DNA of 62,618 bases, the filler included, from Kipferlia bialata (taxonomy: Eukaryota), in NCBI GenBank assembly GCA_003568945.1. It is 3 parts of 3 records of this genome, joined end to end, with 100 filler letters (N's around TTAATTAATTAA, not from the genome) between each part and the next. Parts side by side here need not be neighbours in the genome. Positions count along the whole stretch, not along the records: positions 1 to 24,910 come from BDIP01000127.1; positions 25,011 to 54,870 come from BDIP01000128.1; 1 more part is not named here. The stretch is one strand, 5' to 3'. The translations under genes and the position numbers were made by a program. Under the pieces are notes generated by a model. The model saw only the letters and a list, made by a program, of their open reading frames with translations. It was not told the DNA's origin and did not search any database. How positions within the stretch are numbered: the first letter of the stretch is position 1; each line of letters starts with the position of its first letter. This document shows, in pieces, positions 12,339 through 25,183 of the stretch.

Positions 12339-13454
12339 GTGTGTATATATATCTACATGCCTTATCTGTTGGGTGCCCCATGCTCTGCAGCTGTGCTATC
12401 CTCTCTGAGGCCTGGATGCGGGGGTTGTACCTGGGTCAGAGACAGTTGTATATATATATATGTATATACATTAATTACATCAAACCACTCATGTATGATA
12501 ATAGAGTAATCATATGGATACAATCACTTCGTGTGTACACCATACCTTGCCCTGATTGCCCTCATACTGGTGGGCTCAAAGCCAGTGTAACTCTGGGGTG
12601 AGGGATAGAGTGATGGACCATATGTACATAGAGATCACAATGCATACACCAGATACTCAGTCTTGATACGAAAGAATGAGTCAAGATATCCAATACTCGA
12701 TAGCTGGCTGCTGTATGCGAAGTATGAGTCAAGATACATGACTCACACAAATAAAACACAGTATATATATAATAGTGTATATACATAAGAATGTACTATA
12801 ACATACCTGGCTGCTGTATGTGAAGTCTGAGTCGGGTCCACCGGCACAGTACATGCAGTTGGAGCCTGGAGTGAGAGAGAGAGGGAGAAAGAGAAAGATT
12901 GTGTCGGCGACACACCCAAATACTCTCAAATTGAATATAGTATATGTATAGTATAGATTGATATGCATAGTACCTGTGCTTGCCTCGTGTGGAAACATAC
13001 CTATGAATATAGACACAGGTAGATACATCGATATCATACAACCCCATGTGCCTAGTACCTGTGCTTGCCTCGTGTGGGCACCGGTGGGGCTTGCACATCA
13101 CAGCCACAACAGCAACACCTGGGGGTGAGGGAGGACTATCGGTGTGTCAGTTATAATTCTTAAGTATACCAGCACAGCTATATATAGTACTATCTTCACA
13201 TACCTGATGCTGTCCGTACTGGCTTGCTCAGTAGGTATGGGGCCAGGGTGTCTCTGAAGTGGGGGGGCAGGGCGCCAAGGACCTAGGGTGAGTGATACTT
13301 CAGATAACGGTATGTAGACTCATTCCACCAGGAAACAAGGATTATACATCTTCACAGGGGGATTGGACCTCCTACTATACTCTCTCCTACATCTGTGACC
13401 TTGGGTATGACGTGAGACCATACTACCAGAATATACAATACACCTTAGTGTAGA

Positions 13455-13493
<39 letters not shown>

Positions 13494-14360
13494 ATGACTT
13501 ACCTCTGTGACCTTTGGTATGACGTGCAGGCCATACTGCTGTGAGGCCTGGGACCTGGCCTCGGCCACTGACCGGGTGGTTAAGGTACCTGGGGGTAAGA
13601 GTGTACATGAAGCTATGTATGAACATCTCCACATATACATATATATATAAAACAATGAGTATATATAGAGACTGGCCTCGGCGACAGACCGGGTAGTCAG
13701 GGTGCCTAGCGGTAAGGAGATACAAATCTGTCTATCTTTACATACATAGAGAGGTCAACTACATATAGGGAGGTCAGGGCAGGGAGGGAGGGTAGATGGG
13801 TATATAGATGAGGGTATATACATATATACCTAGGGTAGAGATAGAAGAGGAAGGGAGAGACTCTTTAGGGACACAGTAGAGTGTATCACACATCTGTAGT
13901 ACCTGTCTCCTTGTATGTCTGCAGCAGTCTGTTGCAGATGAGGCTGAGGGCCATCATATGGCTGCCCTGGAGGTGAGGGAGGGGGAGAAAGAGAGAGAGA
14001 GAGAATCAAGACTAAGAGAGAGAGAGAGAGAGAATCAACGACAATGAGTAGAACACAGACTGAGAGAGAGTGCATACGTGAATGAAGGAGTATGACACAC
14101 CTGTTGGGTTGTCTACGAGAGGAGAGTGTGAATGAGTAACTAGTCTAGAGAGAGAGAGAGAGAGAGATAGTATACCCGTGTTGACATTTCTATATAGACA
14201 TGTATATATATATAGAGAGAGAGAGTCTGTATACCTGCTGCGTTGTCTTGTCCCCCTTCCCCCCCACCACCCCACTCTCAGGGTGGGGGGCGGTGCCATC
14301 AGCTGCATCCCTGGCGGCACGCCGCTTCTTCCTAGCACTCCCGTTACTCCCCTTTCCCAT
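8004..14360 (-). CDS. ELP3: Elongator complex protein 3 (radical SAM + lysine acetyltransferase domains; tRNA U34 modification), more than 20 exons
   Basis: Spliced exons give [23 protein letters not shown]...[83 protein letters not shown] and [30 protein letters not shown], all diagnostic Elp3 motifs in the canonical order. Confidence 0.95.
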
Positions 14361-14723
14361 CACTCACGCAGTCTCCCTCTAGACGGTCTAGGAGGAGAGA
14401 CAGGGAGAGAGTGAGAGACTGGTGGTCTAGACTACTTGGGTGTCAGAGGCTGCTAGCCAGGAACTATACCCTCCCTGGTGCCTATAGTCTAGACAGAGAG
14501 GTCTGTAGAGGTGTGTACCAATGCAGAGAGAGACTCTGGAGACGGTACCACCTGTATAGATAGAGTGGCCCTGAGAACAGCGTTTTAACGATGCGTACGG
14601 CTGTTTTTGTCTTAGATAGAGAAAGGGTGTAGGACCTGAGATCATCACTAGTGAGGTTGCTCTCTGTCAATCACTCAGGTCCCCTCCACCCCCCCACTTG
14701 CGTGCATTACCCACCCAGCTAGT

Positions 14724-15658
14724 ATGATGACCACCCAGCCGGCCCCTGCCCCCATGGCGCACCGTGGCGGTGTGGTGTCGAGTGTGCAGATGGACACAGT
14801 GCAGGAGGTGAGGATATATATGTATATATGTATAGAGATAGCTGGACTCTGACCAGCTCTGATCCGGAGGTGAGTATATATACAGAGATATGTATGTAGA
14901 TGTGTGTATATGTAATAGAGAGAGGTGGTGTCGAGTGTGCAGATGGACACAGCATGCAGGAGGTGAGGGATATGGTGTTGGAGACACACTAGCATGGGGT
15001 ATATGATGAGTCAGCACTCGGCAGTGTGTTATTGGGTGATTAGTAGTGATTTGTGGTGGATATACTCTTTATGATGGATGGGATGGGTGTAACCTTGCAT
15101 AATTGATTTGGTACCGGTATCGCTACCGGTACCGGTACCGACTATTTCAATTCTTTTGCCAGTGCCTTATGGCATGTGTATTCATGTCTTTACCACTATA
15201 TCGTGTGTCTTGTGAACTCTGTGTGTCTGGAGGAGGCATGTGTATCTCCTGTCCTCTCCTCACTTGTCCTATCTTCTGTCATCATGACCAGGATCCTCCT
15301 ATCACTCGCAGTCTCATGCTTGCCTATCACCCCACACCCGACCTATGTCTGTGTCTATCTCACCCCCAGGTCCCTGACAACACCCCTGCCAAGGACCTGC
15401 CCCAGGTGCAGCACCTCACACAGCTTGAGTACGTATGGATACATAGTATAGTATAGTAGTATGTATATATATAGAGGGGGANNNNNNNNNNNNNNNNNNN
15501 NNNNNNNNNNNNNNNNNNNNNATATATAGAGGGGGAGAGAGAGAGAGACGCTGGACCTGCCCCAGGTGCAGCACCTGACACAGCTCGAGTACGTCATATA
15601 TATATTGAGAGACCCCTCCGCCATATATACCTATTGTCCACCATCAACACCCCCGAGC

Positions 15659-15699
<41 letters not shown>

Positions 15700-17819
15700 T
15701 ACCCTCAGGTCAACCATCAACACCACCGAGCAGCTCTCTGCCACAGTCCATGTCCAGAACCAGGGACTGACCAGGAAGGGGGAGGTATGTACACTAGCTA
15801 CATATATATGTATATATGTGTATGGGGAGGACTTGCAACCACATTATCACACACACTCACTGTCTCACTATCTCTCACCCCTATAGGAGCTGTCCTCTCT
15901 CTTTCTCTCTCTCTCTCTCTACGGTAGACTACTCTCACCCCATAGGAGCTGTCCTCTCTGATTGATGGCATCGAGACCAGTCTGTCCTCACTGGAGAGCA
16001 GGTATGTGTTAACATACATAGAACATACACAGTATATATAATATGTATACATGTTCTTTGGATTGAGGGAGACAAGTCTGTCCTCACTGGAGAGCAGGTA
16101 GGGTGTATGTCATTTGAATATGGATAGCTGCGTGTCTATATATATTTATGTGTGTGAAAATATCTTTTCCTCTGTATCTACTACCCTCAGGTCCCTCCTT
16201 AGCCAGGAGCGGTGCAAGGACCTGGAGCAGAGGCTCACAGACATGCGGTAAGGCATTGTGTGTAAAGGGAATAATGAATAAATATAGTAAATTGTATATA
16301 TATATTGTGTATATAGTATTGACCTGGAGCAGAGATCGAAAGACATGCGATGGGTACTTGAGTAGTGATATATATATGTCTGTAATTGTATATATAATGA
16401 TAATGTATATGTCTATATATATACCCTCTCACCCCCAGTGCCTGCACCGGTGTTGTGCACCACAGACTCACGTTATAGGATATATATATATCTATTATGT
16501 ATATATCTATATATATACCCTCTCACCCTCAGTGCCTGCACAGGTGTTGTGCACCACAGACTCACGTTATAAGATATATATATATACATATATATATTAC
16601 ATGAATGTATATACTTACACCAGTGCCTGCACGGGTGTTGTGCACCACAGACTCACAGCCACGGCCAAGCCAGCAGCACCTGCTGCTACAACAACAGGTA
16701 TATATATAGACATGCATACATATGTATGTGAGCATATATATATGAGTATTGTGTGAGGTATTCACTATGGCAAGGCCAGCAGCACCAGCTGCTACAACGA
16801 CAGGTATATATATGGACATGTACACACACATATACAAGTATGAAAGTGAGTATAATATATTGTGTCCTGTATTCACTATGTGACGGTGTAGACCTCACCC
16901 CCAGGAGGCTTTGGCTTTGGGGCCTCCACCTACACCGCCCCCACCGCTGCCCCAGCCGCTGCATCCCTCTCTCTCTCTCGTGATGAGGTATGGGGGGTTG
17001 CCATACTCTCTCTCTCTATTTTTGTCTTATCCTCGAAGTATCTCTTGGAGTATATGTACACATCCGTGTCCCACCCCCCAGGTCCATGCTGTGTGCTCTC
17101 TCAAGTATTCCCCCTAGTATACCCAAATACATGCAATTAGTAGCTCTATGAATGTCTATGCATACATTCATACACATCCCACCCCCCAGGTCCATGCCGT
17201 GTGCTCCCTTGTGGGGGAGAGTGTGTCAGACAGACTCGGGAGGTACATAGTATATAGTACATAGTACATAGTACATAGTATACACATTTATATATGGGTG
17301 TGTTAGTGTCTATGAATATTGGTATATAGAGAGCGTGTCAGACAGACTCGGGAGGTATGCACTCGCTCTATGTCTACATGTGTCTTTGAGGGTAGATGTA
17401 TCAGTGTTACTAACCCCCAGAGTGCGCCTTGACCTTGCCACCCTGATACTATTGTGTATATACTCAGTGTTTATTTGTATACAAACTATTGGATCTACCC
17501 TAATATTCCTTGTTCTTATCTCCAGAGTCCGTCTTGACCTAGCCACCCTGGAGGGCACATTCAAATATGACTCATATATATTCCTATATATGTGTACTAA
17601 TATTAGTGTATGTCTCGTCCTCACACTGATCCTCACATTCCAGAGTCCGTCTTGACCTTGCCACCCTGGAGGGCAGGGTAGGGAGAGGGGGGGCACACCC
17701 AGAGGCAGCAGACCCAAGGTATGTGGATGTGGATATCTTCTCTCATTCTTCCTCTCTCCCTCTATCTCTCTCCTTCCCCTGCCTCTCACCCCAAGGTCCC
17801 CTGCCACCATCTGCGACAG

Positions 17820-17850
<31 letters not shown>

Positions 17851-18258
17851 CTGTCTCTCTCTCCCTTCAATTCCTTACCCTCAGGTCCCCTGCCACCATC
17901 TGCGACAGTGCCAGCATCGCAAGGTAAGTCTACTCTTCCAGAGTGTAGCTGTATTTATAGTATTGCAGTACGCCACCTACTAGGGTCGTATAGGAGTATA
18001 TGTTAAGTAATACAGATATGCGTAAATCCATACTTGCATCCATGTCTGACCCCCAGGGTCATGGAGGCCCAGACAGACGCAGTGTGCGTGATAGCAGGTA
18101 GGGCAGACACACGTATACACATATTCACTTACTGACATATATATTCACATATATTGCATATATCACTATTCACGTAAGTATATATATGCATGTTGTCTAT
18201 GTACTGACAGACAGGCCGTCTTGCCAGGCAGGAGGAGATGCACGGGGGGAGGCGGTGA
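14724..18258 (+). CDS. Hypothetical multi-exon coiled-coil protein (weakly reminiscent of Nup58/Nup49)
   Basis: Chain of short exons with consensus splice sites (VPDNTPAKDLPQVQHLTQLE / ELSSLIDGIETSLSSLES / GGFGFGAST / VMEAQTDAVCVIA-GRLARQEEMHGGRR*). Spans the N-gap at 15482-15521. The family assignment is speculative. Confidence 0.5.
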
Positions 18259-18638
18259 TGGTACCCACACAGTGATACATGCGTGAAGAGATATATGTGA
18301 GTACCTGTGTATTGATTCACGGTGGTAGAGATGTTGTTAGGTGAAGTGAGCGTCAGTACCCAGAAGAGGTGTCTAAATGGTGGAGACCAGCGTTTCAACT
18401 GGTTGTAAACGTGGCTGAAGTAGTCACAATTAATAGATATTTATTGGGACAACGGGACATAAGTAAAGTACCATAATGAGAGCTTAGATCTAGTGTGATA
18501 CTCCCATCACCCAACTAAAGGGTGCAAAAACACGTCCTTCAAAAACTGAATTAGGGGTGCACTCAGAATGGGCGGGGTGGCGGGCAACTGACCTCGCCCC
18601 GCTCCAGTCTGTATCTGCTCACTAGAGCAGTGTAGTGC

Positions 18639-19896
18639 ATGACAAACATCCAGAGATGGTGAGCGCGTGTGGTATCTCCATTATAGTAAGCGTGTCTGTG
18701 TCTGACTGCAGGAATAGGATTTGGCGCTCAGCCTCCTCCTCTGCTCCCACCTCCTCTGCCGCCCCTAGTGCACCCAACCCACCCGCCTCGGTGGCCACAC
18801 TGACAGACACCCAGATAGCCCCCCTCAAGGCATCGACTCCCTTCCGCTCCTACCGTGTGGTGTCTGAGTGCGTGCCGTCAGTCTCCGCCACCGACTGCCG
18901 CAATGGCCTGCTCTACCTACTCCTGGCATCTGTCAATGGGGGGAGGAACCCAGACGGGTCGCTGCCTGCCAAGGGAGGCGTGCAGAGGCGGCCTGTCCGT
19001 AAGACCCGGCAGAGGCCCACACCTGCTGCCTCTCTGCTTCAGTCCCCCATCCCCGTATCCAGCCTTGGGTACTCCTCTCTCTCCATCTCAGAGTCGCCCT
19101 CGCCCTCGCCCTCCCCCCGCACCATACCATCCACACCCCTGGTGGTGGGCAGTGCCTCGCCCAATCCTAGGTATTGTGTGTCTAAATACTCCTTTCATAC
19201 TCATTGTGTCCTCAGGACGTAGGTATATTTATGTACCCCTCCACTACTCCACTACCTATACTTCTATCCTTTGTCCGTGTTAATAGTCTCTAACCCCAGG
19301 CCAGCTGATGTTGTCATGACACCCAGTGTCTCAACCAGAGCATCCCCCACTGTCACCAGTTCCTCCAGTGTGACCTCCACCCCCTCCCTCAAGGCCCTCG
19401 CGTCCATATCCAGTCCCTCTAGTGCCTCCAGTCTCACTAGTGTGCTCTGTGCCACCCCTCCTATAGCTGCATGCACTCCCATACACATCAAGGGCAGTGG
19501 TATGGGTAGTGCCACTAAGCCCACCCCCTCTGTCCCCCCTGCTATGCCTGTCATGGCTGAGGGGGTGGGGGGGGAAGGGCCCAGTCCACTTGTATCTCCA
19601 AAGGTATGTATATACAGTGCTCTTGTCACTTGGTGCCCAGTACATGATACATGTCACAGTGTACAACCCTGTGACTCCTCTGCAATGTTGCATTCTATCT
19701 ACACTGTACTCTCTCTCTCTCTCCCACCCCAGGCTGCCCCCCCTGCCACCCAGTCAGTCACAGCCAACAAGGCCAAGAAGGTGTGATATGGTAGATATAC
19801 ACTCTTTCTATAGATGTTTATAGTCTGCTCAATCTAGCTATCTATATAGATAAGACGAGGTAGGCCTTTTAACCCCAGACCGATGCCCGCACCCTC

Positions 19897-19947
<51 letters not shown>

Positions 19948-20109
19948 GTATGTTCTCTATATATCTCCCTCACCCCAGACCGATGCCCGCACCCTGCTCT
20001 CCTCCCCCGGTGTTGCCAAGGCCCTGGCCACCTCCCTCATGCCCCTGGTCTCAGACAGCCTGTCTCCCATGGCACCTAAGCCACTACCAAGGCCAACAAA
20101 GGTACTGTG

Positions 20110-20140
<31 letters not shown>

Positions 20141-21199
20141 CACCTTAAGTCCAACAAAGTTGCTGATGCTCTATTATCTAGCTGTGCTATTTCTCTTGTC
20201 TCTTCCCCCCCCCCTCTCACCCCCTAGGTCACAGAGGCCAAGGTCCTCCCTAAGGTAGTCCCTAAGACCATGCCCAAGACAGCAGTGCCTAAGCGTACAC
20301 CCAAGGCCACACCCAAGGCCAAGCCCGCCCCCATACCTGCTGTCACTACTGCCACTAGCACTACTAGCACGGGTAGGAAGAGGCCCAGGCAGCGCACCAC
20401 CCCCACCCAGTCTGCCCTACGCACACCCACCGCCACTTCCTCTCTCTCTGCCCCTCCTGCCAAGAGAGGGGGTGCCAAGGCTGGCAAGGGTAGTAAGGGT
20501 AGCAAGGGAGCTAAGGTTAAAAGGAAGGTGTCCTTCTCAGACGCTGTCCTCATAGAGGGGGAGAGAGAGAGGGCAAGGGGTTCTCTTCGCACTCCATCTA
20601 CCTCTAGACCTGCTAGGCCCTCTTCTGACTCCTCTGCACCCTGCACACCGCTCCTCTCTCTCTTCTCTGTCGCTGAGAGGGAGAGAGAGAGAGACGAGAG
20701 GGAGAGGGCCGCCGAGATGGACTCGTGCTCGCCCCCCACAATCACACAGGTATGTATATATGTATATATGTCAGGTATCCAAGGCATATATATGTATGTA
20801 TATCGGACCTCTCTTCCCCAGCCTCTATGTATACATAATATATTGTATATTTTTGACCCCAGGCCGTGATGCCCCTCTCTCCCTTCGTCACCCCCCGTGC
20901 CCCTGTCTCCCAGACAGCCTCACCCACCTCTGGCCCAGTGGAGTACCTGGACGCCCTGTCCTGCGCCAGTGCCTCTCTCTCTCTCTCCCACCCGTCCAGA
21001 CTCCTGGCCACAGCTGCAGCACCCATGATACCCAGTGTAAGGTATATACATTGTAGTGTATATATAGTTATGTGAGTGTATATAGAGATGTCTCACTGTC
21101 AGGGCTGGGACTGGGTCTCTGCTGGCAGCTGACAGAAGGAGGGTCAGACTGGGTGGGCACATCAGAGCAGTGGAGGCCATGATGAAGGCAATGAGATAG
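18639..21199 (+). CDS. Hypothetical Ser/Pro/Thr/Lys-rich, probably disordered protein, multi-exon
   Basis: Long open exons (about 18711-19170, 19301-19603, 20228-20749) are joined by GT-AG introns. Contains a KRKVSF (RVxF-like) motif. Stop TAG at 21197-21199. Confidence 0.55.
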
Positions 21200-21591
21200 A
21201 TGACGAGTGAATAGATAACAGATAGACTATACTGGGTGTGATTAGCATATCTTCCAAGCTGGTCAAAGTGTGAAGCGAAGTGAGGCATGATAAGCGTCGA
21301 GTCCTTGATAACAGTCAGACTCAATGAGGAACAATGAATGATACCACTGCCCATACCACATGTCAAGTATGTCTTCAAACATACCCTTCACACTCAAAGC
21401 ACATTTACACACCCGATATACCAACAGACAACAGCAACAACAACAGCCAATCTATTTGTACACAGACTGGGCGTAGAATACATAACACGGCAGGGGCAGA
21501 CACACAAATAACTGCCCAGACCATTGAGGGGCAGTGTCCACATCACTATACATAGTGACACAGACACATATCCCTGGACAGAGGGTGTCAC

Positions 21592-23109
21592 TTAGACGGT
21601 GGTGTCACACACAACGGAGCCCTCGAGGTTGATCTCAGAGACCTCCTCCTGGGGGGTAAGGCTAGAGAACAGAGAAGGGAGTATATATATAAAATAGTAT
21701 GTACCAGGTAGTACCATACCTCCTCGCAGGGGTTGTAGCCCTCCTCGGGTGTCTCGAAGGTGACGTGGTCGTGGAACATCTCACCAGCCTCGAGGGTGTC
21801 GATCTTGGAGACGGCCACACCGGTGAGTCCTAGGGGTCAGTACAGGTGTATATATATACATACACAAAGTATGTAGTGCAGTTATATATAGTAATCATAC
21901 CTCCGGTGACCATGGCGAAAGCGATGGTGATGAGGAGGCACAGGAGCTGCACGAGCCTAGGGGGTAAGAGAGAGACACACATAGAGGGAGAGAGAGACAC
22001 ACATAGAGGGAGAGAGAGACACGTGACACATACCACTGCTTGGACTCAAAGTCGGTCTCGTCGTCAGTGCCAGCGGTCTGGAGGCCTCCAGAGATGCCTA
22101 GGGGGTAAGACAATACACTATAATAGACTATATATATGTATGTACGGGTATCTAACTAGTCTCGCGTACCGGTGGCGATGACGATGATGTTGAGGAGGCC
22201 TCCGAGGAGACCGGGCATGAGGTGGAGGTTCATGACTCCGCAGGCGTCCCTGGGGGGTGAGAGTAGGTCAAAGACACACACACACAGACAGGCACAGTCT
22301 CTCTATATATATATATGTTCTGTACCTAAGGTAGGGGATCTTGGCCTGGATGGCGGGCTGGATGAAGGCGTAGCCAGCAACGGAGAGGCATCCGGCGGCC
22401 ATTCCAGTGAGCATGATGACACCAAAGGGCATCCTGGGGGTCAGAACACACATACATACATATAAACATAATATATATACATATACACATGTAGATGCAC
22501 CTGATTCCGAGCATGGCTCCGACAGCGACACCACCGGCGAGGGAGGCATTGGCAAGGTCAGCGGCATCGAACTTGAGGTGCATCTCCTTGGCCCTGAGGG
22601 TGAGAGGGAGAGAAAGAGGGGGAGAGGGAGAGGGAGAGAGGGAGAGAGAGAGTACCTGAAGAGGCCGGAGAGGGGGAATGCCACGATGGTGGAAGCACAG
22701 AGGGCAGCGAGGGTGGCCACAGCGTTGTATCCTGGTGGTTAGAGAAGTAAGGGCACACACAGTATAAATAGTGTACATATATTTATATATGTGTGTATGT
22801 GTACTTACCGAAGAGGGAGGTGTCGGTGAGGGCAGCGGCGAAGGCGGGCCAGAAAGCCCAGAGCACTGAGAGGTGAGACGAAGATGAGGGATACCATACA
22901 CAGAGGGAGAGGGGCAAGTAAGGTATATACACACATATCCGTACCGAGGGATCCGATGGCGGAGATCTGGTCAGAGGTGTAGGAGGTGGCACCGGACTTG
23001 TCGGTGGTCTGAGAGTGAGATACATACACACACACACATATATATATAAAGAGAGAGAGGGGAAGAGAGAGCCGGACTTGTCGGTGGTCTGGAGGTGAGA
23101 TACACACGC

Positions 23110-23153
<44 letters not shown>

Positions 23154-24472
23154 CTGTACCTCGTCCTCCTTCTTGATGGTCTGGTCCCTCTTGTTCATCT
23201 TGCGCTCTCCCATGCACATGCACACACCGAACACACCTGGGGGTAAGACAAGTAAGAGAAGAGGAACGTAGGTACACATAGACATTTACTATATATATGT
23301 GTGTGTGTGTGTAACTCACCGCCGAAGAGGTGCACGAGGATGGATCCTCCAAAGTCCATGACGGAGTAGTCGTGGCCAATGGCCCTGGGGTCAGTTGCAT
23401 ATGTATATATATACTAGGGTAGAGAGGGAGAGACAGATTATACCTGGGGGCGAGGAAGGCAGACAGGAAGCAGGAGAATGTGTAGAAGCATGTCTCGAGG
23501 ATGGCAGCAACGATGTACTGGGCAAAGGACCAGCGGCCCTCGACAACACCGAAGGAGATGAGGATGACAGCGACGGCAAAGAGAGCCTGGAGTAAGCAAG
23601 AAGGAGAGAGAGAGTGAGAATAGTATATAATGATAGATATATACATACATACATAAATACACACCTCGAGTCCCTGGATGGCACCGACGTGGAACTCAAA
23701 GTCGTGGCCAGAGTCCTCGATGTGGTGCTCAATGAGCTCCCTAAGAGTGAGTATAGTGAGAGAGACAGCCAGTCATCGATAGTCTCCTTCAGTCCAATCA
23801 ATGAGAATGTACACGGAGCCTTCCTTACCTGAGCCACTGCATGAAGAGGTGGAACTGGAAGGTGACGGCGATGAGCACGTAGGAGAAGAAGAGGGCGCTG
23901 GGGTGAGAGGAGGGAGAGAGAGAGCAGCAAATAGGAGAAAAGTCAAACAATGAACATACCTGAATCCGAAGCGGCCGGGGAAAGCCATGAGGGCAGGGAA
24001 ACCGACCACAAGCATGACAGCGACCAGAACGAAGAGCACGCACTAAGGTGAGGAGGGATAGAGTTAGCTGGACCAAGATTGACTGGATACATACGAGTAT
24101 CAAATCTGGGGGGTGTTGTGCCGGGTACCTGGAGGGTGTCCTCGCCAAGGGCATCGACACGGATCTCACCAGTGAAGCAGAAGAAGACAGCGAGGAGGGC
24201 CTGGGGTGAGGCAGGAAGGGAGGACAAGTTGACATATCAAACGCTGGTGCAAAATCCAATCCAAACCACTCATAGAGTAACCAGAAGCAAGAAATGCACT
24301 AAGGCTGACTATATGACACTCTACTGGCCAAATATCTATACGAATCCCGGCATGGGACGAATTGTATGCCCGGCAAACATGACATTTGATTGAGATCGTT
24401 CAGATTCGAATAAAACCACACCTGCACAATGAGGAGCACCCAAAGGGAGTCCTTGTGGCCGCAGCCGGTCAT
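21592..24472 (-). CDS. Rhesus (Rh50)-type ammonium/ammonia transporter, Amt/Mep/Rh family, about 18 exons
   Basis: Spliced protein starts MTGCGHKDSLWVLLIVQ-ALLAVFF and contains AVILISFGVVEGR, DFGGSILVHLFG, SDQISAIGSL-VLWAFWPAF, NASLAGGVAVG and DACGVMNLHLMPGLLGG. These are Rh-specific motifs, and both pore histidines are present. Confidence 0.92.
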
Positions 24473-24858
24473 CTTGGACTTAGACTCTGTCATTTCCAAC
24501 GAAAAGGCTGAGTCACAGCTGGTCATGCTGTAGCAATGCGTTGCATTCAAAATTGCAATGTCAATGTCAGCGTTGCACAATGTTGAATTAGTGTCTCGCA
24601 GTCCTTTGTCACAGAGCTCTAAAGGGCCAACAACATACCCATTCTGTGCTATGTCATGTGATACGGCGCCCCATATGCTATGACACACTCCCGGTTACCG
24701 GGGTATGCTGACTCATCAGTTACAGGTACATTCCAAGAAACTCAATCCTGTCCCTGCAACTCCGTCCTCTGGGTCCGTCATATGCCTCTCTCTATGAGTA
24801 CCTCTCCCAGTACTCTATCATAGTTTCCTCCCAGTCTCTCTCTCTATCTCTCACCCAA

Positions 24859-24895
<37 letters not shown>

Positions 24896-24910
24896 CCCCC
24901 CCCCCCCCCC

Positions 24911-25010
24911 NNNNNNNNNNNNNNNNNNNNNNNNNNNNNNNNNNNNNNNNNNNNTTAATTAATTAANNNNNNNNNNNNNNNNNNNNNNNNNNNNNNNNNN
25001 NNNNNNNNNN
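24911..25010. other. Scaffold gap with artificial spacer (N44-TTAATTAATTAA-N44)
   Basis: 100-nt block with a six-frame stop linker at 24955-24966. An identical block lies at 54871-54970. Confidence 0.95.
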
Positions 25011-25065
<55 letters not shown>

Positions 25066-25071
25066 CTCAGC

Positions 25072-25149
25072 ATGTCATCGGCTGTGTCAGGTGGGGGTAT
25101 CTCTCTCTATGTCTCTCTCTTATATCCTATAGGTTCAGAGCGTGACCTA

Positions 25150-25183
<34 letters not shown>

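Noticed and set aside
24955..24966. TTAATTAATTAA palindrome centred in N runs (also at 54915-54926)
   Set aside because: Identical 100-nt constructs with stops in all six frames indicate an artificial scaffolding spacer, not biology.
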